Below, one piece after another: positions 15,796-25,539 of a stretch of 64,000 nt of DNA. The translations under genes and the position numbers were made by a program. Origin of the DNA: Escherichia virus TH58. Numbering within the stretch: position 1 is the stretch's first letter; every line of letters starts with the position of its first letter. The stretch lies in sequence record MT446423.1, one strand, 5' to 3'. A model generated the notes under the pieces. It was not told the DNA's origin. It worked only from the letters and a program-made list of their open reading frames with translations, and searched no databases.

Positions 15796-18009
15796 ATGAT
15801 TATTGAAACGGCTAAAGAAACGATTATTGGTTCAGGCGGTAAGAGCACAGCATTTACTATTCAAGGCAATAGCAAAGTTTATAAGATTTTGTCTAATGAC
15901 CTTTATACAAACAAAGAATTGGCTTGTGTACGTGAATTAATCACAAACTGTATCGATGGACAAATTCTTAACGGTTGCACTGATAAGTTTATTGTTCAGG
16001 CTCCAGGTCGTTTAGACCCGCGTTTTGTAGTTCGAGACTTTGGTCCTGGTATGAGTGATTTCACCATTCGAGGTAATGACGAAGAGCCAGGAATCTATAA
16101 CTCATATTTTGCTTCAACTAAAACATCGAGTAACGATTTCATTGGTGGATTCGGACTCGGCTCTAAAGCTCCACTAGCATATACCGATACGTTTAACCTT
16201 ACGTCTTATCACAACGGTGAAGTTCGTGGTTATGTAATTTATCAAGATGACAGTGGTCCACAAATTAAGCCAACCTTTGTAGATAAGATGGGCCCTGATG
16301 ACCGGACTGGCGTTGAAGTAGTTGTGCCTGTTAACCCAGAAGATTTTGAAAAGTTCGCATCTGAAATTGCATATGTTATGCGTCCTCTAGGTGATATTGC
16401 AGAAGTTCGTGGTGTTAAAGATATCAAATACTTCCCTGAATTTGACGATGTATATTTGGCCAAGGAAGCTCCATGGGGTGAACGCGGTAATATCATGGCT
16501 GTTTATGGCGGTATTGTATATCCAATCGGAAGTGTTATTAAAGAACAAACGTGGATGATGACGCGATGCACTACAGCTTATATTAAATTCCCTATGGGTG
16601 AACTAGATGTAGCTCCGTCTCGTGAAGCATTGTCATTTGATAAACGTACAGTAGCAAATATCCATAAACGTGTTGCAGAAATCGATGCTAAATTGTTCGC
16701 TGAAGATTCTAAGAAATGGATTGATTGTAAATACCCACGTCATGTGTTCCGTGAAATTGATTCTCTTGGCTATACCGCTCGTAAATACATGGAAAAGGCC
16801 GGGTCTAATATTGAATCACTGAAATACTCTAAAGAACAACTAACTTATTCTGAGTTGTACAAACGTTTTAAAATGGGGCCTGAGTGGTGTAATCTTGGTG
16901 TCGTATACGATATCGTTGAATCCCCTCGTCTTCGTCGTATTCGTGAAAGCGGTAGCTCAACGGCAACCATTTCAATTAACAGTCTGATTGGCATTAACAT
17001 TAAAAATGTTGAAATTGTTATTGACGACGTTAAGGGACGCGTTCCATTAATGCGAGCTCTTAATTCAATTGAAATGTCTAAAGACGAGGTTAAATTAACC
17101 GGTAAAGTTCCACGCGGTTTTGGTAAAAGCGTACTATTCGTTGACCCTACAGACGAAGATGCAATGAAACTTCTGGAACGCCTTAAAGTTATCTTTGATG
17201 GCGACAACATTAACATGTACAAGACTTCAGAGCTTTTACAAATCGTTAAGCCATGGATTGAAGTCAGGAAACGGACTAATGAGCCTCGTCCTAAATCGCC
17301 AAGTGCTCATCGATTCTTTAAGAATGAAAACGATGTTTGGGTATCAGAAGACCTCTTTATTCCGGCAAGTGAAGCAGATGAAATCCAAGGTTATGCTATA
17401 GTTCGTAATCGTTCTAATGCTGAATGTCTTGACGCAGATAAAGGTTGGTTGAACTATGACTCCAATTTCTTAACCCGTATTGCTGATTTGTCAGGTATTA
17501 AAGAGTTCACTGTAGTTCGTCCACAGATTGCTAAGAAAGTTCGTAAACTTGGTGAAGTAGAATGCTTGTTCGAAAAATCAATTAATGACTATATTACGCT
17601 AATCGATAAAGTGGATTATGATGAGTATGTATCACCAAGTCGTAGAGCACAGCCTTATTTGAATCATATTACTCGTAATGAAGAGCTTAACTTCCTTAGT
17701 AAGTATTTTAGCTCTAAGAACAAAGAAATCAGTAAAGACTTTGCAAAGCTCTCAACAGTAAATAATCGTTGGGGATGGAATCGATTCGCAGGTGCTACTA
17801 ATACAGACCTGAATAAGAAGTTAGAATTGTGTGCTAAAATTTTCGATAAGCTTAAAGATAATGCTTACGATAATGATGATAAAATGGTTATTGAATTTGA
17901 AACCAATTATCATATTGTGTCAGAATACATGGGACGACGTGGTACTCTTTCTAAAGAACAGGTCGCTCAAATCGTTAAATTCATGAAGGCCGTGGAAGCG
18001 GCCAAATAA
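15796..18009 (+). CDS. rIIA: rIIA protein
   Basis: 737 aa; size, position next to rIIB, GHKL-like N-terminal region. Confidence 0.85.
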   Translation: MIIETAKETIIGSGGKSTAFTIQGNSKVYKILSNDLYTNKELACVRELITNCIDGQILNGCTDKFIVQAPGRLDPRFVVRDFGPGMSDFTIRGNDEEPGIYNSYFASTKTSSNDFIGGFGLGSKAPLAYTDTFNLTSYHNGEVRGYVIYQDDSGPQIKPTFVDKMGPDDRTGVEVVVPVNPEDFEKFASEIAYVMRPLGDIAEVRGVKDIKYFPEFDDVYLAKEAPWGERGNIMAVYGGIVYPIGSVIKEQTWMMTRCTTAYIKFPMGELDVAPSREALSFDKRTVANIHKRVAEIDAKLFAEDSKKWIDCKYPRHVFREIDSLGYTARKYMEKAGSNIESLKYSKEQLTYSELYKRFKMGPEWCNLGVVYDIVESPRLRRIRESGSSTATISINSLIGINIKNVEIVIDDVKGRVPLMRALNSIEMSKDEVKLTGKVPRGFGKSVLFVDPTDEDAMKLLERLKVIFDGDNINMYKTSELLQIVKPWIEVRKRTNEPRPKSPSAHRFFKNENDVWVSEDLFIPASEADEIQGYAIVRNRSNAECLDADKGWLNYDSNFLTRIADLSGIKEFTVVRPQIAKKVRKLGEVECLFEKSINDYITLIDKVDYDEYVSPSRRAQPYLNHITRNEELNFLSKYFSSKNKEISKDFAKLSTVNNRWGWNRFAGATNTDLNKKLELCAKIFDKLKDNAYDNDDKMVIEFETNYHIVSEYMGRRGTLSKEQVAQIVKFMKAVEAAK

Positions 18010-18018
18010 GGAAACATT

Positions 18019-18966
18019 ATGTACAATATCAAATGCTTGTCCCAAGAAGAACAGTTAGAAGCTTACGGCCTGGTTGAATCAGGCAAATGGACTCGTAAAG
18101 AAATTGCTGATTACTTCGACATTTCAACAGATACTCTTCGTAAGATTGTTAAGAATTTTAAAGCTGAAGGCGTTGTCCCTGAAGCAAACGATGCCTCTTA
18201 TGTAATCGAAGAAGTTCCAGAAAATAATGAACCTATTATTACAGGTCACCGTCCAGAAATAGTATGGAACGCGTCATCTAAATTTATTTCAATCATTGAA
18301 GGACGCGTAGCATACAATGCGACCCCATCAAGTCATGCAAATTTTGAAGAAATTAAAGCTAATTTGGTCGCAGGAAACCTTAGTAAAGCTGTCGAACTTA
18401 TTAACATCAAGAAAGCTATTAGTAAGTTTGTTGACGGTAATGTTGTTATTGAAGGTGGTAGTTTATTTTATCAAGGTATAGAGATTCGTTCTGGTCTGGT
18501 TAATCGTATTATTGATTCTATGGAAAAAGGCGAAGACTTTAAATTCTATCTACCGTTCCTTGAAAACCTGTTAGAAAACCCAAGCGAAAAAGCTGTACAA
18601 CGTTTATTCGACTTCTTGGTTGCAAATGATATTGAAATCACTGAAGATGGGCATTTCTACGCGTGGAAAGTAGTTCGTAAAGATTATTTAGATTGCTATA
18701 GCGGTACATTTGATAACTCACCAGGTAAAGTTGTTTCAATGCCTCGTACTCGTGTTAACGATGATGATACACAAACCTGCTCCCGTGGTCTACATGTTTG
18801 CGCTAAATCGTATATTCGTTACTTTGGTTCTAGCTCAGATAAAGTTGTTAAGGTTAAAGTTCATCCACGTGATGTTGTGTCCATCCCAGTTGACTATGGC
18901 GATGCTAAGATGCGTACTTGTCGTTATGAAGTAATTTCAGACGTTACTGAATTATTTGCAGAATAA
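18019..18966 (+). CDS. rIIB: rIIB protein
   Basis: 315 aa; position and size match T4 rIIB (312 aa). Confidence 0.8.
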   Translation: MYNIKCLSQEEQLEAYGLVESGKWTRKEIADYFDISTDTLRKIVKNFKAEGVVPEANDASYVIEEVPENNEPIITGHRPEIVWNASSKFISIIEGRVAYNATPSSHANFEEIKANLVAGNLSKAVELINIKKAISKFVDGNVVIEGGSLFYQGIEIRSGLVNRIIDSMEKGEDFKFYLPFLENLLENPSEKAVQRLFDFLVANDIEITEDGHFYAWKVVRKDYLDCYSGTFDNSPGKVVSMPRTRVNDDDTQTCSRGLHVCAKSYIRYFGSSSDKVVKVKVHPRDVVSIPVDYGDAKMRTCRYEVISDVTELFAE

Positions 18967-18971
18967 TAATT

Positions 18972-18995
18972 GGGGACTTCGGTCCCCTTTTTTTC
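18972..18995 (+). terminator. rho-independent terminator after rIIB
   Basis: GGGGAC-TTCG-GTCCCC hairpin plus T8. Confidence 0.7.
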
Positions 18996-19008
18996 TTTAG
19001 GGGTAATT

Positions 19009-19296
19009 ATGATTCATCCATTTGACGTATCAGAATCCAAAATTGCTAATCTTCGTGGTCATCATAAGTGTAAATCAGTTTATTGTGCTAAATTGGTAAA
19101 ACATCCTGGCGATGCACACTACGGTTGGTTAGAATGCGACGAAGTTGTTATTGAAATCCCACCGGTAGATGCAGAATATCTTGAAGAAGGTGACCGCATT
19201 TATTTTGGCGAACTACACATCAGAGGTATCTATGGTAAAGACGAACTTGGGACTGTTGAGACTGAAGAATCTTCCGACATTTATCCTGTCGAATGA
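19009..19296 (+). CDS. hypothetical protein
   Basis: ATG 19009 after terminator; Cys/His-containing 95 aa. Confidence 0.4.
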   Translation: MIHPFDVSESKIANLRGHHKCKSVYCAKLVKHPGDAHYGWLECDEVVIEIPPVDAEYLEEGDRIYFGELHIRGIYGKDELGTVETEESSDIYPVE

Positions 19297-19312
19297 GTTT
19301 TTGACTAGTGAA

Positions 19313-19789
19313 ATGAAGGTGAAGATTGCTGACACTGCTCGGTATTCCCTGAGCCAAAATCCTGACCAAAACAAAGAAGATGTAGTTCGACGTTGTAAGG
19401 TTGCGGTCTTTGCAGAGTATGTAGTAGCAAATTGGCTAGACGGATATGTTAATAAAGGTATTGAAGATGTAGAAGACCCGTACACGTATGCATGGGACGT
19501 GTTAGCCCATCCCAAATATTGTGGAATTCGTGTAGAAGTCAAGACACACCAGATAGATTCTAAATGGATTTCTGTTACCACAGGATACAGTGGTGATTAT
19601 CCGGGTGGCAACGGAATCAATATAGGGCCCTTCTTGAACCATCGAGTCGCAGATTGCATTATTATATTAGATGTCAAAGAAACCTCACCTGACGTCTTCT
19701 CTTATTCTATAAAGTTCGTGGGAGACCATGAAGACCTAAAGAAAATCGTCCGCAAGAGCAACTACAATGGGTGGTATCTTCAACTTTAA
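19313..19789 (+). CDS. hypothetical protein (occupies T4 denB position)
   Basis: in-frame ATG at 19313; positional only. Confidence 0.4.
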   Translation: MKVKIADTARYSLSQNPDQNKEDVVRRCKVAVFAEYVVANWLDGYVNKGIEDVEDPYTYAWDVLAHPKYCGIRVEVKTHQIDSKWISVTTGYSGDYPGGNGINIGPFLNHRVADCIIILDVKETSPDVFSYSIKFVGDHEDLKKIVRKSNYNGWYLQL

Positions 19790-19801
19790 TTTCATAAAAG
19801 T

Positions 19802-19831
19802 GTTTACAACTAAGTAGGACTATGATATAGT
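19802..19831 (+). promoter_or_regulatory. T4-type early promoter inside inverted repeat (PeSL-like)
   Basis: GTTTAC, TATAGT; arms TAGGACTA/TAGTCCTA flank the -10. Confidence 0.55.
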
Positions 19832-19857
19832 AGTCCTATCTAAAAGAGGATAACATC

Positions 19858-20121
19858 ATGAAATTTAAATTTTTCTACGCAAAACATAAAGTAACAGGCG
19901 AATTTGTTTCAATGTACAACACTGCAGATGACGAAGGGATGATTTATACCCATTTGGGACTATCTCATTGGGACTCAGACGTGCCTTATATGTCATCTGA
20001 AGCCGAAATAACTCGTCTGGTTAATGGACATATGAACGACCATTTTAGTGTTATTCTTTCTAAAGACCTTAAAGAGGTTATCAACAAAGGATATATGGAA
20101 CTCGCGGAAGTTGAGATATGA
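19858..20121 (+). CDS. hypothetical protein
   Basis: 87 aa ORF downstream of early promoter. Confidence 0.45.
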   Translation: MKFKFFYAKHKVTGEFVSMYNTADDEGMIYTHLGLSHWDSDVPYMSSEAEITRLVNGHMNDHFSVILSKDLKEVINKGYMELAEVEI

Positions 20122-20204
20122 GCTCTAAAATGTGGATCGGAATATGGTTGCTTAGTATCCCTATGATTTGTATAATATTTTCAATTGCATTGAGGTACTT
20201 ATGA
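20118..20204 (+). CDS. putative 28-aa single-TM peptide
   Basis: ATGA overlap with upstream stop; hydrophobic; not in ORF track. Confidence 0.25.
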   Translation: MSSKMWIGIWLLSIPMICIIFSIALRYL

Positions 20205-20311
20205 AAAATGCACTTCTTATTGTACTAAGAACAATTTGCGATACAGGTTTTTACATCGCATGTTCGTTCACCGGAACATGGTTGGCTTTAACATATTTTA
20301 ATGTAATTTAA
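20201..20311 (+). CDS. putative 36-aa hydrophobic peptide
   Basis: ATGA overlap with previous peptide; not in ORF track. Confidence 0.25.
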   Translation: MKNALLIVLRTICDTGFYIACSFTGTWLALTYFNVI

Positions 20312-20313
20312 TT

Positions 20314-20343
20314 GTTTACATCAAGGTAGGATTATGGTATAGT
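20314..20343 (+). promoter_or_regulatory. T4-type early promoter inside inverted repeat (PeSL-like)
   Basis: GTTTAC, TATAGT; arms GTAGGATTA/TAGTCCTAC. Confidence 0.55.
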
Positions 20344-20371
20344 AGTCCTACTGAAACATGAGGAACACAAA

Positions 20372-20572
20372 ATGGCTAAGCTTTTTAAAGATGTTGAAAT
20401 TGGTGAAAAATTTGTTCTGAATAATGGTCAGCAGCTTATTCGTGTAGCTTCTATCGCCGGACAAACTCATAACTGTATCGCCCCAACGTGTTGGACTCGA
20501 TTCTTTATTGAAGATGATACTGAATGTTTAACTGTTGAAGAGCTTTTTGAACGTTCTGATATGGCCGAATAA
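20372..20572 (+). CDS. hypothetical protein
   Basis: 66 aa ORF with GAGGAA RBS after early promoter. Confidence 0.45.
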   Translation: MAKLFKDVEIGEKFVLNNGQQLIRVASIAGQTHNCIAPTCWTRFFIEDDTECLTVEELFERSDMAE

Positions 20573-20574
20573 AA

Positions 20575-20604
20575 TTGTACAAACTCTTGAGAGCAGAGTA
20601 TAAT
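20575..20604 (+). promoter_or_regulatory. T4-type early promoter inside inverted repeat (PeSL-like)
   Basis: TTGTAC, TATAAT; arms GAGAGC/GCTCTC. Confidence 0.5.
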
Positions 20605-20648
20605 GCTCTCATGGATTACAAAAACATTAATCAATTGAGGAAATTAGC

Positions 20649-21095
20649 ATGTCCAAATATTTAACTCGTAAAGACCTTCTGGCAGTTGGCGGTGAAGTTG
20701 TTGCAGTAGTTCGTAATGGCGAATACGGTTCTGAAGTTTCTAAAGAGTTTCGTTCTCGTGAAGGTTTTTACTTCTTTGTTAAAGGTTCATCTGATTGGCG
20801 TCAAGTAGCAGCACGATTCTTTGTAGGACGTCAACGTTCTAAACAAGGGTTGGATGCAATTCTTTCTCACATTCGTCAAGGCCGTTCGCAACTAGCCCGT
20901 ACCATGGGCACTAACAATATTGAATATGATGTAATCTTTGTTGCAGCTAAGAACATGAAACCACTGACTACTGGTTATGGTAAAGGACAATTGGCTCTAG
21001 CATTCACTCGCAATCATACATCAGAATATCAAACACTCACTGAAATGAACCGTCTTCTGGCAGATAATTTCAAATTCATTCTGCAGAGTTACTAA
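20649..21095 (+). CDS. ndd: nucleoid disruption protein Ndd
   Basis: 148 aa; FYVGxQRSKQG...LSHIRQ.RSQLART...[12 protein letters not shown] motif block matches T4 Ndd. Confidence 0.8.
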   Translation: MSKYLTRKDLLAVGGEVVAVVRNGEYGSEVSKEFRSREGFYFFVKGSSDWRQVAARFFVGRQRSKQGLDAILSHIRQGRSQLARTMGTNNIEYDVIFVAAKNMKPLTTGYGKGQLALAFTRNHTSEYQTLTEMNRLLADNFKFILQSY

Positions 21096-21102
21096 TTTAT
21101 AC

Positions 21103-21136
21103 GGGCCTATTAAGTTGGCCCTTTAATTTATTTTTT
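21103..21136 (+). terminator. rho-independent terminator after ndd
   Basis: GGGCC..GGCCC stem plus T-rich tail. Confidence 0.5.
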
Positions 21137-21148
21137 GAGGTAATTAAA

Positions 21149-21295
21149 ATGGTAACATGGATTATTGCATTGCTGTGTTGGACGTTTTTATTCGTTAACA
21201 CTTTAGTTACAGGCGAAACAACAGTATTTCAACAGGCGGTGTCACAAGGTACTTTAGCGGTCTTAGCTCTTTTTAACGTATTAAAAGGCGAGTAA
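21149..21295 (+). CDS. small membrane protein (possibly Ac-like)
   Basis: 48 aa two-TM ORF absent from track; T4 ac lies between ndd and 52. Confidence 0.35.
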   Translation: MVTWIIALLCWTFLFVNTLVTGETTVFQQAVSQGTLAVLALFNVLKGE

Positions 21296-21435
21296 TGATT
21301 AAGAAAATCTTAGCAGGAGCCTTCGGGCTCTTGTTGTTGCTTATGGTTCTGTACTATGGTGTGATGTTTGGACTAATCCAAGTAGTGCTTTTCATTTCAG
21401 ATGTTATAATGACTATTCGTTCATTAATATGGTGA
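21295..21435 (+). CDS. small membrane protein
   Basis: 46 aa hydrophobic ORF; TAATG overlap with previous ORF. Confidence 0.3.
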   Translation: MIKKILAGAFGLLLLLMVLYYGVMFGLIQVVLFISDVIMTIRSLIW

Positions 21436-21439
21436 AAAT

Positions 21440-22765
21440 ATGCAATTGAATTCTCGTAATCTAAAAAGTATTATTGATAACGAAGCCTTAGCATATGCTA
21501 TGTACACCGTTGAAAACCGTGCAATCCCAAACATGATTGATGGATTTAAGCCGGTTCAACGTTTTGTAGTTCATCGTGCATTAGATTTGGCTCGTGGTAA
21601 TAAAGAAAAATTTCATAAACTTGCGTCAATTGCAGGTGGTGTAGCAGACCTTGGATATCATCATGGTGAAATCTCTGCGCAAGACGCAGGTGCTTTGATG
21701 GCTAATACTTGGAATAATAACTTTCCTCTGTTAGATGGTCAAGGAAACTTTGGTTCTAGAACAGTCCAAAAAGCTGCAGCATCTCGTTATATTTTTGCTC
21801 GTGTAAGTAAAAATTTCTATAACGTATATAAAGATACTGAATATGCTCCAGCTCATGAAGATAAAGAACACGTTCCACCAAAATTCTATCTTCCTATTAT
21901 TCCGACAGTTCTTTTGAATGGTGTCTCCGGTATTGCAACCGGTTATGCAACAAATATTCTGCCTCATAGTTTTAAATCGGTCAAAAAGGCGGTATTACAA
22001 GCTCTTCAAGGTAAAAATGTCACTAAGCCAAAAGTTGAATTCCCAGAATTCCGTGGTGAAGTGCATGAAGTTGATGGGCGTTATGAGATTCACGGAACAT
22101 ACAAGTTCACATCTCGTACTCAAATGCAGATAACTGAAATCCCATATAAATTCGACCGTGAAACGTATGTGAGTAAGGTTCTTGACCCGTTGGAAGACAA
22201 AGGTCTAATCTCATGGGAAGATGATTGTGGTGAACACGGCTTTGGGTTTAAGGTGAAGTTCCGTAAAGAGTACTCGCTTCCTGATGATGAAGAGCTACGT
22301 CATGAAAAAATCATGAAAGATTTTAGTCTCATCGAACGTCGCTCACAAAACATCACAGTGATTAATGAAAAGGGTAAATTAGCGGTCTACGATAACGTAG
22401 TGGACTTAATCAAAGATTTTGTTGAAGTCCGTAAGACTTACGTTCAGAAACGTATTGACAACAAAATCCTTGAATCTGAAAAAGCATTTAAACTGGCTTT
22501 TGCTAAGGCACACTTCATCAAAAAAGTTATCAGTGGCGAAATTGTGATTCAAGGCAAGACCCGTAAAGCTTTGACTGAAGAGCTAGCACAAATCGAAATG
22601 TACAAAGAACATGTCGATAAACTGGTGGGTCTTAACATCTTCCATATCACTTCTGACGAAGCACGTAAACTGGCAGAAGAAGCTAAAGCTAAGAAAGAAG
22701 AAAATGAGTATTGGAAGTCTACTGATGTTGTGACAGAGTACACTAAAGACTTGGAGGCGCTTTGA
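21440..22765 (+). CDS. 52: DNA topoisomerase II medium (GyrA-like) subunit gp52
   Basis: 441 aa; N-terminus with ENRAIPNMIDGFKPVQRF GyrA-like block. Confidence 0.9.
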   Translation: MQLNSRNLKSIIDNEALAYAMYTVENRAIPNMIDGFKPVQRFVVHRALDLARGNKEKFHKLASIAGGVADLGYHHGEISAQDAGALMANTWNNNFPLLDGQGNFGSRTVQKAAASRYIFARVSKNFYNVYKDTEYAPAHEDKEHVPPKFYLPIIPTVLLNGVSGIATGYATNILPHSFKSVKKAVLQALQGKNVTKPKVEFPEFRGEVHEVDGRYEIHGTYKFTSRTQMQITEIPYKFDRETYVSKVLDPLEDKGLISWEDDCGEHGFGFKVKFRKEYSLPDDEELRHEKIMKDFSLIERRSQNITVINEKGKLAVYDNVVDLIKDFVEVRKTYVQKRIDNKILESEKAFKLAFAKAHFIKKVISGEIVIQGKTRKALTEELAQIEMYKEHVDKLVGLNIFHITSDEARKLAEEAKAKKEENEYWKSTDVVTEYTKDLEAL

Positions 22766-22841
22766 GTGCCCTAGCCTTAGGATTTCTCGGTGCAATAGCT
22801 GCACTAGTGATTTGGCTGTATTGGTTAGACAAACATGATTA

Positions 22842-22876
22842 GGGAGCTTCGGCTCCCTTTTGTGCATTTTTTTCTC
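22842..22876 (+). terminator. rho-independent terminator after gene 52
   Basis: GGGAGC-TTCG-GCTCCC hairpin plus T-rich tail. Confidence 0.65.
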
Positions 22877-22884
22877 ACAAAACA

Positions 22885-22913
22885 GTTTACATGTGCTTCA
22901 AACATGATATTAT
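22885..22913 (+). promoter_or_regulatory. T4-type early promoter upstream of motA
   Basis: GTTTAC, 17-nt spacer, TATTAT, TAGACCTATC box. Confidence 0.55.
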
Positions 22914-22952
22914 AGACCTATCAAAACAAAACAACCAAATTGGAGAAATAAA

Positions 22953-23585
22953 ATGTCTAAAGTTACTTACATCATCAAAGCTTCTGAAAACGCTCTGAAT
23001 GAAAAAACTGCTGCAATAATGGTTTATATCATTAAGAACAACTTCACCACTGCTGCCAATGTCCGTGAAGCTCTGGAAGCAGAATACAATGCATCAGTTG
23101 TTAACTCTAACATTGGTGTATTGATTAAGAAAGGTTTAGTCGAAAAATCAGGTGATGGACTTGTAGCAACAGGCGAAGCAATGGATATTATCCAAAAAGC
23201 CGCAGACCTCTTTGCCCAAGAAAATGCTCCAGAACTTCTTCAGAAACGTAACACCAGAAAAGCACGTGGAGTTACTCCTGAAATGCATGAATTAGCAAAC
23301 TTTGTTTTTGAAAATATTAAAGATAAAGTTGAAGTTAAAGAAATTGGCGAAAACCGTAGTAACTTAGAAGTTCGATTTGCAAAACGAGTTCTAGGTATTC
23401 GCCAGATCGAAATTCGTCGAGATGGTTCTCTTAGAATCTTTGCGTACAACATGTCAGAAACTGAATCAAAGCTGTTTACTTCTCTTGAAAATGATGTTAA
23501 GATTAAAATCGGTGGTAAATATACTTACATTGACTTCCCTAATGTGTCCAAAGAAATCATTACCCTTGTAACTAACGTACTGTGA
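22953..23585 (+). CDS. motA: middle-transcription activator MotA
   Basis: 210 aa; MSKVTYIIKAS..NSNIGVLIKKGLVEKSGDGL matches T4 MotA. Confidence 0.85.
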   Translation: MSKVTYIIKASENALNEKTAAIMVYIIKNNFTTAANVREALEAEYNASVVNSNIGVLIKKGLVEKSGDGLVATGEAMDIIQKAADLFAQENAPELLQKRNTRKARGVTPEMHELANFVFENIKDKVEVKEIGENRSNLEVRFAKRVLGIRQIEIRRDGSLRIFAYNMSETESKLFTSLENDVKIKIGGKYTYIDFPNVSKEIITLVTNVL

Positions 23586-23595
23586 GGAATACATA

Positions 23596-23925
23596 ATGAA
23601 TAAGCTGAATATTATTAACGAACTTCGTAAATGCGCAGAACCTACTCAGGAAGGATGGGATATTTGGTACCACGGAGCTTATCTTGGAACTATTGTAAAG
23701 ATTAAGACTGGTAAATACATGATTATTCGTGAATGTAAAGATGCTCCAGTAGGTATTCGCAATAATTTCATGGCAGCGATAAGTTCCTTTACAGATTCAG
23801 CTTACGAAATTTACCTTGCTGATTATAAAGAATTCCAGGAATCTCAACCAGTTATTCGCTCAATTGGTGTTAACAAAGCTCAACAGAAAACTTTGTGGCA
23901 ACGTATTAAAGGATGGTTTAAATGA
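23596..23925 (+). CDS. hypothetical protein
   Basis: 109 aa ORF in motA-asiA variable cluster. Confidence 0.45.
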   Translation: MNKLNIINELRKCAEPTQEGWDIWYHGAYLGTIVKIKTGKYMIIRECKDAPVGIRNNFMAAISSFTDSAYEIYLADYKEFQESQPVIRSIGVNKAQQKTLWQRIKGWFK

Positions 23926-24215
23926 ATATAAAGACAATCGAAGAGCAGTATAAAGATTACTCTAAGTTGGTTCATTCAGTAAAAACAATCAGCATTATTA
24001 ATCTTCAGGTTAATAATTTAACTCTTAATTTTGGTAATGAACTGGCTAAATATTGTTGTATTATTAATACAAATCTAACACCAGTTGATATGTATGGTTC
24101 ACGCCAAACTGCTGATATCAAGATTTCAGGTGAATCACTGAATGATGTATTAGATACCGCCGCCAAGATTCGAGCTTTCTGTGCAGTTAACAATTATGAG
24201 GCCTTAATCAAATGA
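23922..24215 (+). CDS. hypothetical protein
   Basis: 97 aa; ATGA coupling. Confidence 0.45.
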   Translation: MNIKTIEEQYKDYSKLVHSVKTISIINLQVNNLTLNFGNELAKYCCIINTNLTPVDMYGSRQTADIKISGESLNDVLDTAAKIRAFCAVNNYEALIK

Positions 24216-24673
24216 AAACTTTTAAAGAGCGCCTTGAACTTTTAGACCAGGCTTTATCGCGTGAGACTCCTGAAAGCCTAGCAGCTAAATTACAGTCCTA
24301 TGGTTATAATTATTCTGCTGATGATGTAATGAATGAAGTTCCTGAAATCTGTTGGCAAACGTGCTATTGGAATAATGACCAAAAAGTTCAACGTGTTATA
24401 GTATGTGCAGCTAATAGGTTTAAATTGAAGAGTGGTGGAACTCTGGTTATTCCTGGAGTTCGTCATTACTCTAAAGATATGGCTGAAGTACTTGATATAG
24501 TTGGTCCTCAATTAGTCTCGCAACAAGTTTGTGGTGACGACCAAGGCTTTATCGATCAATACTCTAATTACTGGACTCGTGAAGAAGCAATGATTATTGC
24601 AACGTATGCTGGACAGGTACGTATTGAACGTGGCGGAAGTGAGAAAGAACTTTATTCAGAGGACCTTTATTAA
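24212..24673 (+). CDS. hypothetical protein
   Basis: 153 aa; ATGA coupling. Confidence 0.45.
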   Translation: MKTFKERLELLDQALSRETPESLAAKLQSYGYNYSADDVMNEVPEICWQTCYWNNDQKVQRVIVCAANRFKLKSGGTLVIPGVRHYSKDMAEVLDIVGPQLVSQQVCGDDQGFIDQYSNYWTREEAMIIATYAGQVRIERGGSEKELYSEDLY

Positions 24674-24954
24674 TGAATATTAAACAACTGCAGAAAGATG
24701 CTATTGAATCACGTATCCAAGATATCAAACGTCTTAATCATATGATGGAAGAAAACTATGGTATGTATGCTAATCAGCCTGGTTGGGATGCTTTAGACCA
24801 TCCTTATTTGGTTAATTTATGTAAAGGTGATACGTTAGCAATTATTCGTGATGGGTTAAAACCTTTCTTGCGTGACATGTATATTAAAATGAACGAAGAA
24901 ATTATTAGCTCGTTGCAATATCAATTAAGGAAATTAGATGATGAGAATAATTGA
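24673..24954 (+). CDS. hypothetical protein
   Basis: 93 aa. Confidence 0.45.
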   Translation: MNIKQLQKDAIESRIQDIKRLNHMMEENYGMYANQPGWDALDHPYLVNLCKGDTLAIIRDGLKPFLRDMYIKMNEEIISSLQYQLRKLDDENN

Positions 24955-25156
24955 TTCTAAAGCAGATTATTTTAATTCTGTTAATGATAAGAATAAAGCT
25001 TTAATTCGTCACTTTATTACTGAGATGGGATATACCGACTCTAAAGATTTGAAAGAGCACATTGTCGAATGTTCTGTGGCTAAAAAGTTTTCTTTCACAG
25101 ACAAATGTTTAAACGAGGTTATAAATCATTATGAACAATCTTGTAGCAAAACATGA
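24938..25156 (+). CDS. hypothetical protein
   Basis: 72 aa, overlaps previous ORF end. Confidence 0.35.
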   Translation: MMRIIDSKADYFNSVNDKNKALIRHFITEMGYTDSKDLKEHIVECSVAKKFSFTDKCLNEVINHYEQSCSKT

Positions 25157-25239
25157 TTTCAATAAGGCTTCCGTCCATAAGGACAAGAAGAAATCAGAAC
25201 TTCAATCTAAACGTAAACAAAAACATAAGGGTAAAGACT

Positions 25240-25539
25240 ATGCTTACTAAAATCAAAGAAAATCCTGCCACTGAACTTGTTATTCGATGTGAAGAACTTG
25301 CAGAGCTTTATCAGGTTAACCGAGAAGTGTATCGTAGTGTTGTTGCAGATATGGCAGACGAAGTATGTTCTCGTATTCCTTTTAGTGTCGATTTCAATCA
25401 CATGAAGCCTGGTGAAATCACTATCGTCTTTGGTTCTGACTATACTGAAGAACGGGCTCTTAATGCCCTAGAATATGAAATGTCATTCTTTGACATACAG
25501 GACTATATTGATAGTTATAAGGAACGATATGAGTCATAA
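25240..25539 (+). CDS. hypothetical acidic protein (candidate DNA-mimic; Arn position)
   Basis: internal ATG 25240 after AAGGG RBS; Asp/Glu-rich; positional guess. Confidence 0.4.
   Translation: MLTKIKENPATELVIRCEELAELYQVNREVYRSVVADMADEVCSRIPFSVDFNHMKPGEITIVFGSDYTEERALNALEYEMSFFDIQDYIDSYKERYES

Noticed and set aside
15558-15848. Minus-strand 96-aa ORF overlapping rIIA.1 and the rIIA start
   Set aside because: Antisense to better-supported plus-strand ORFs with RBSs.
22762-22842. 26-codon hydrophobic reading frame starting with TTG overlapping the gene 52 stop
   Set aside because: No ATG, no RBS, and it overlaps the terminator hairpin; T4 Stp is 26 aa but not hydrophobic, so the size match is probably coincidental.
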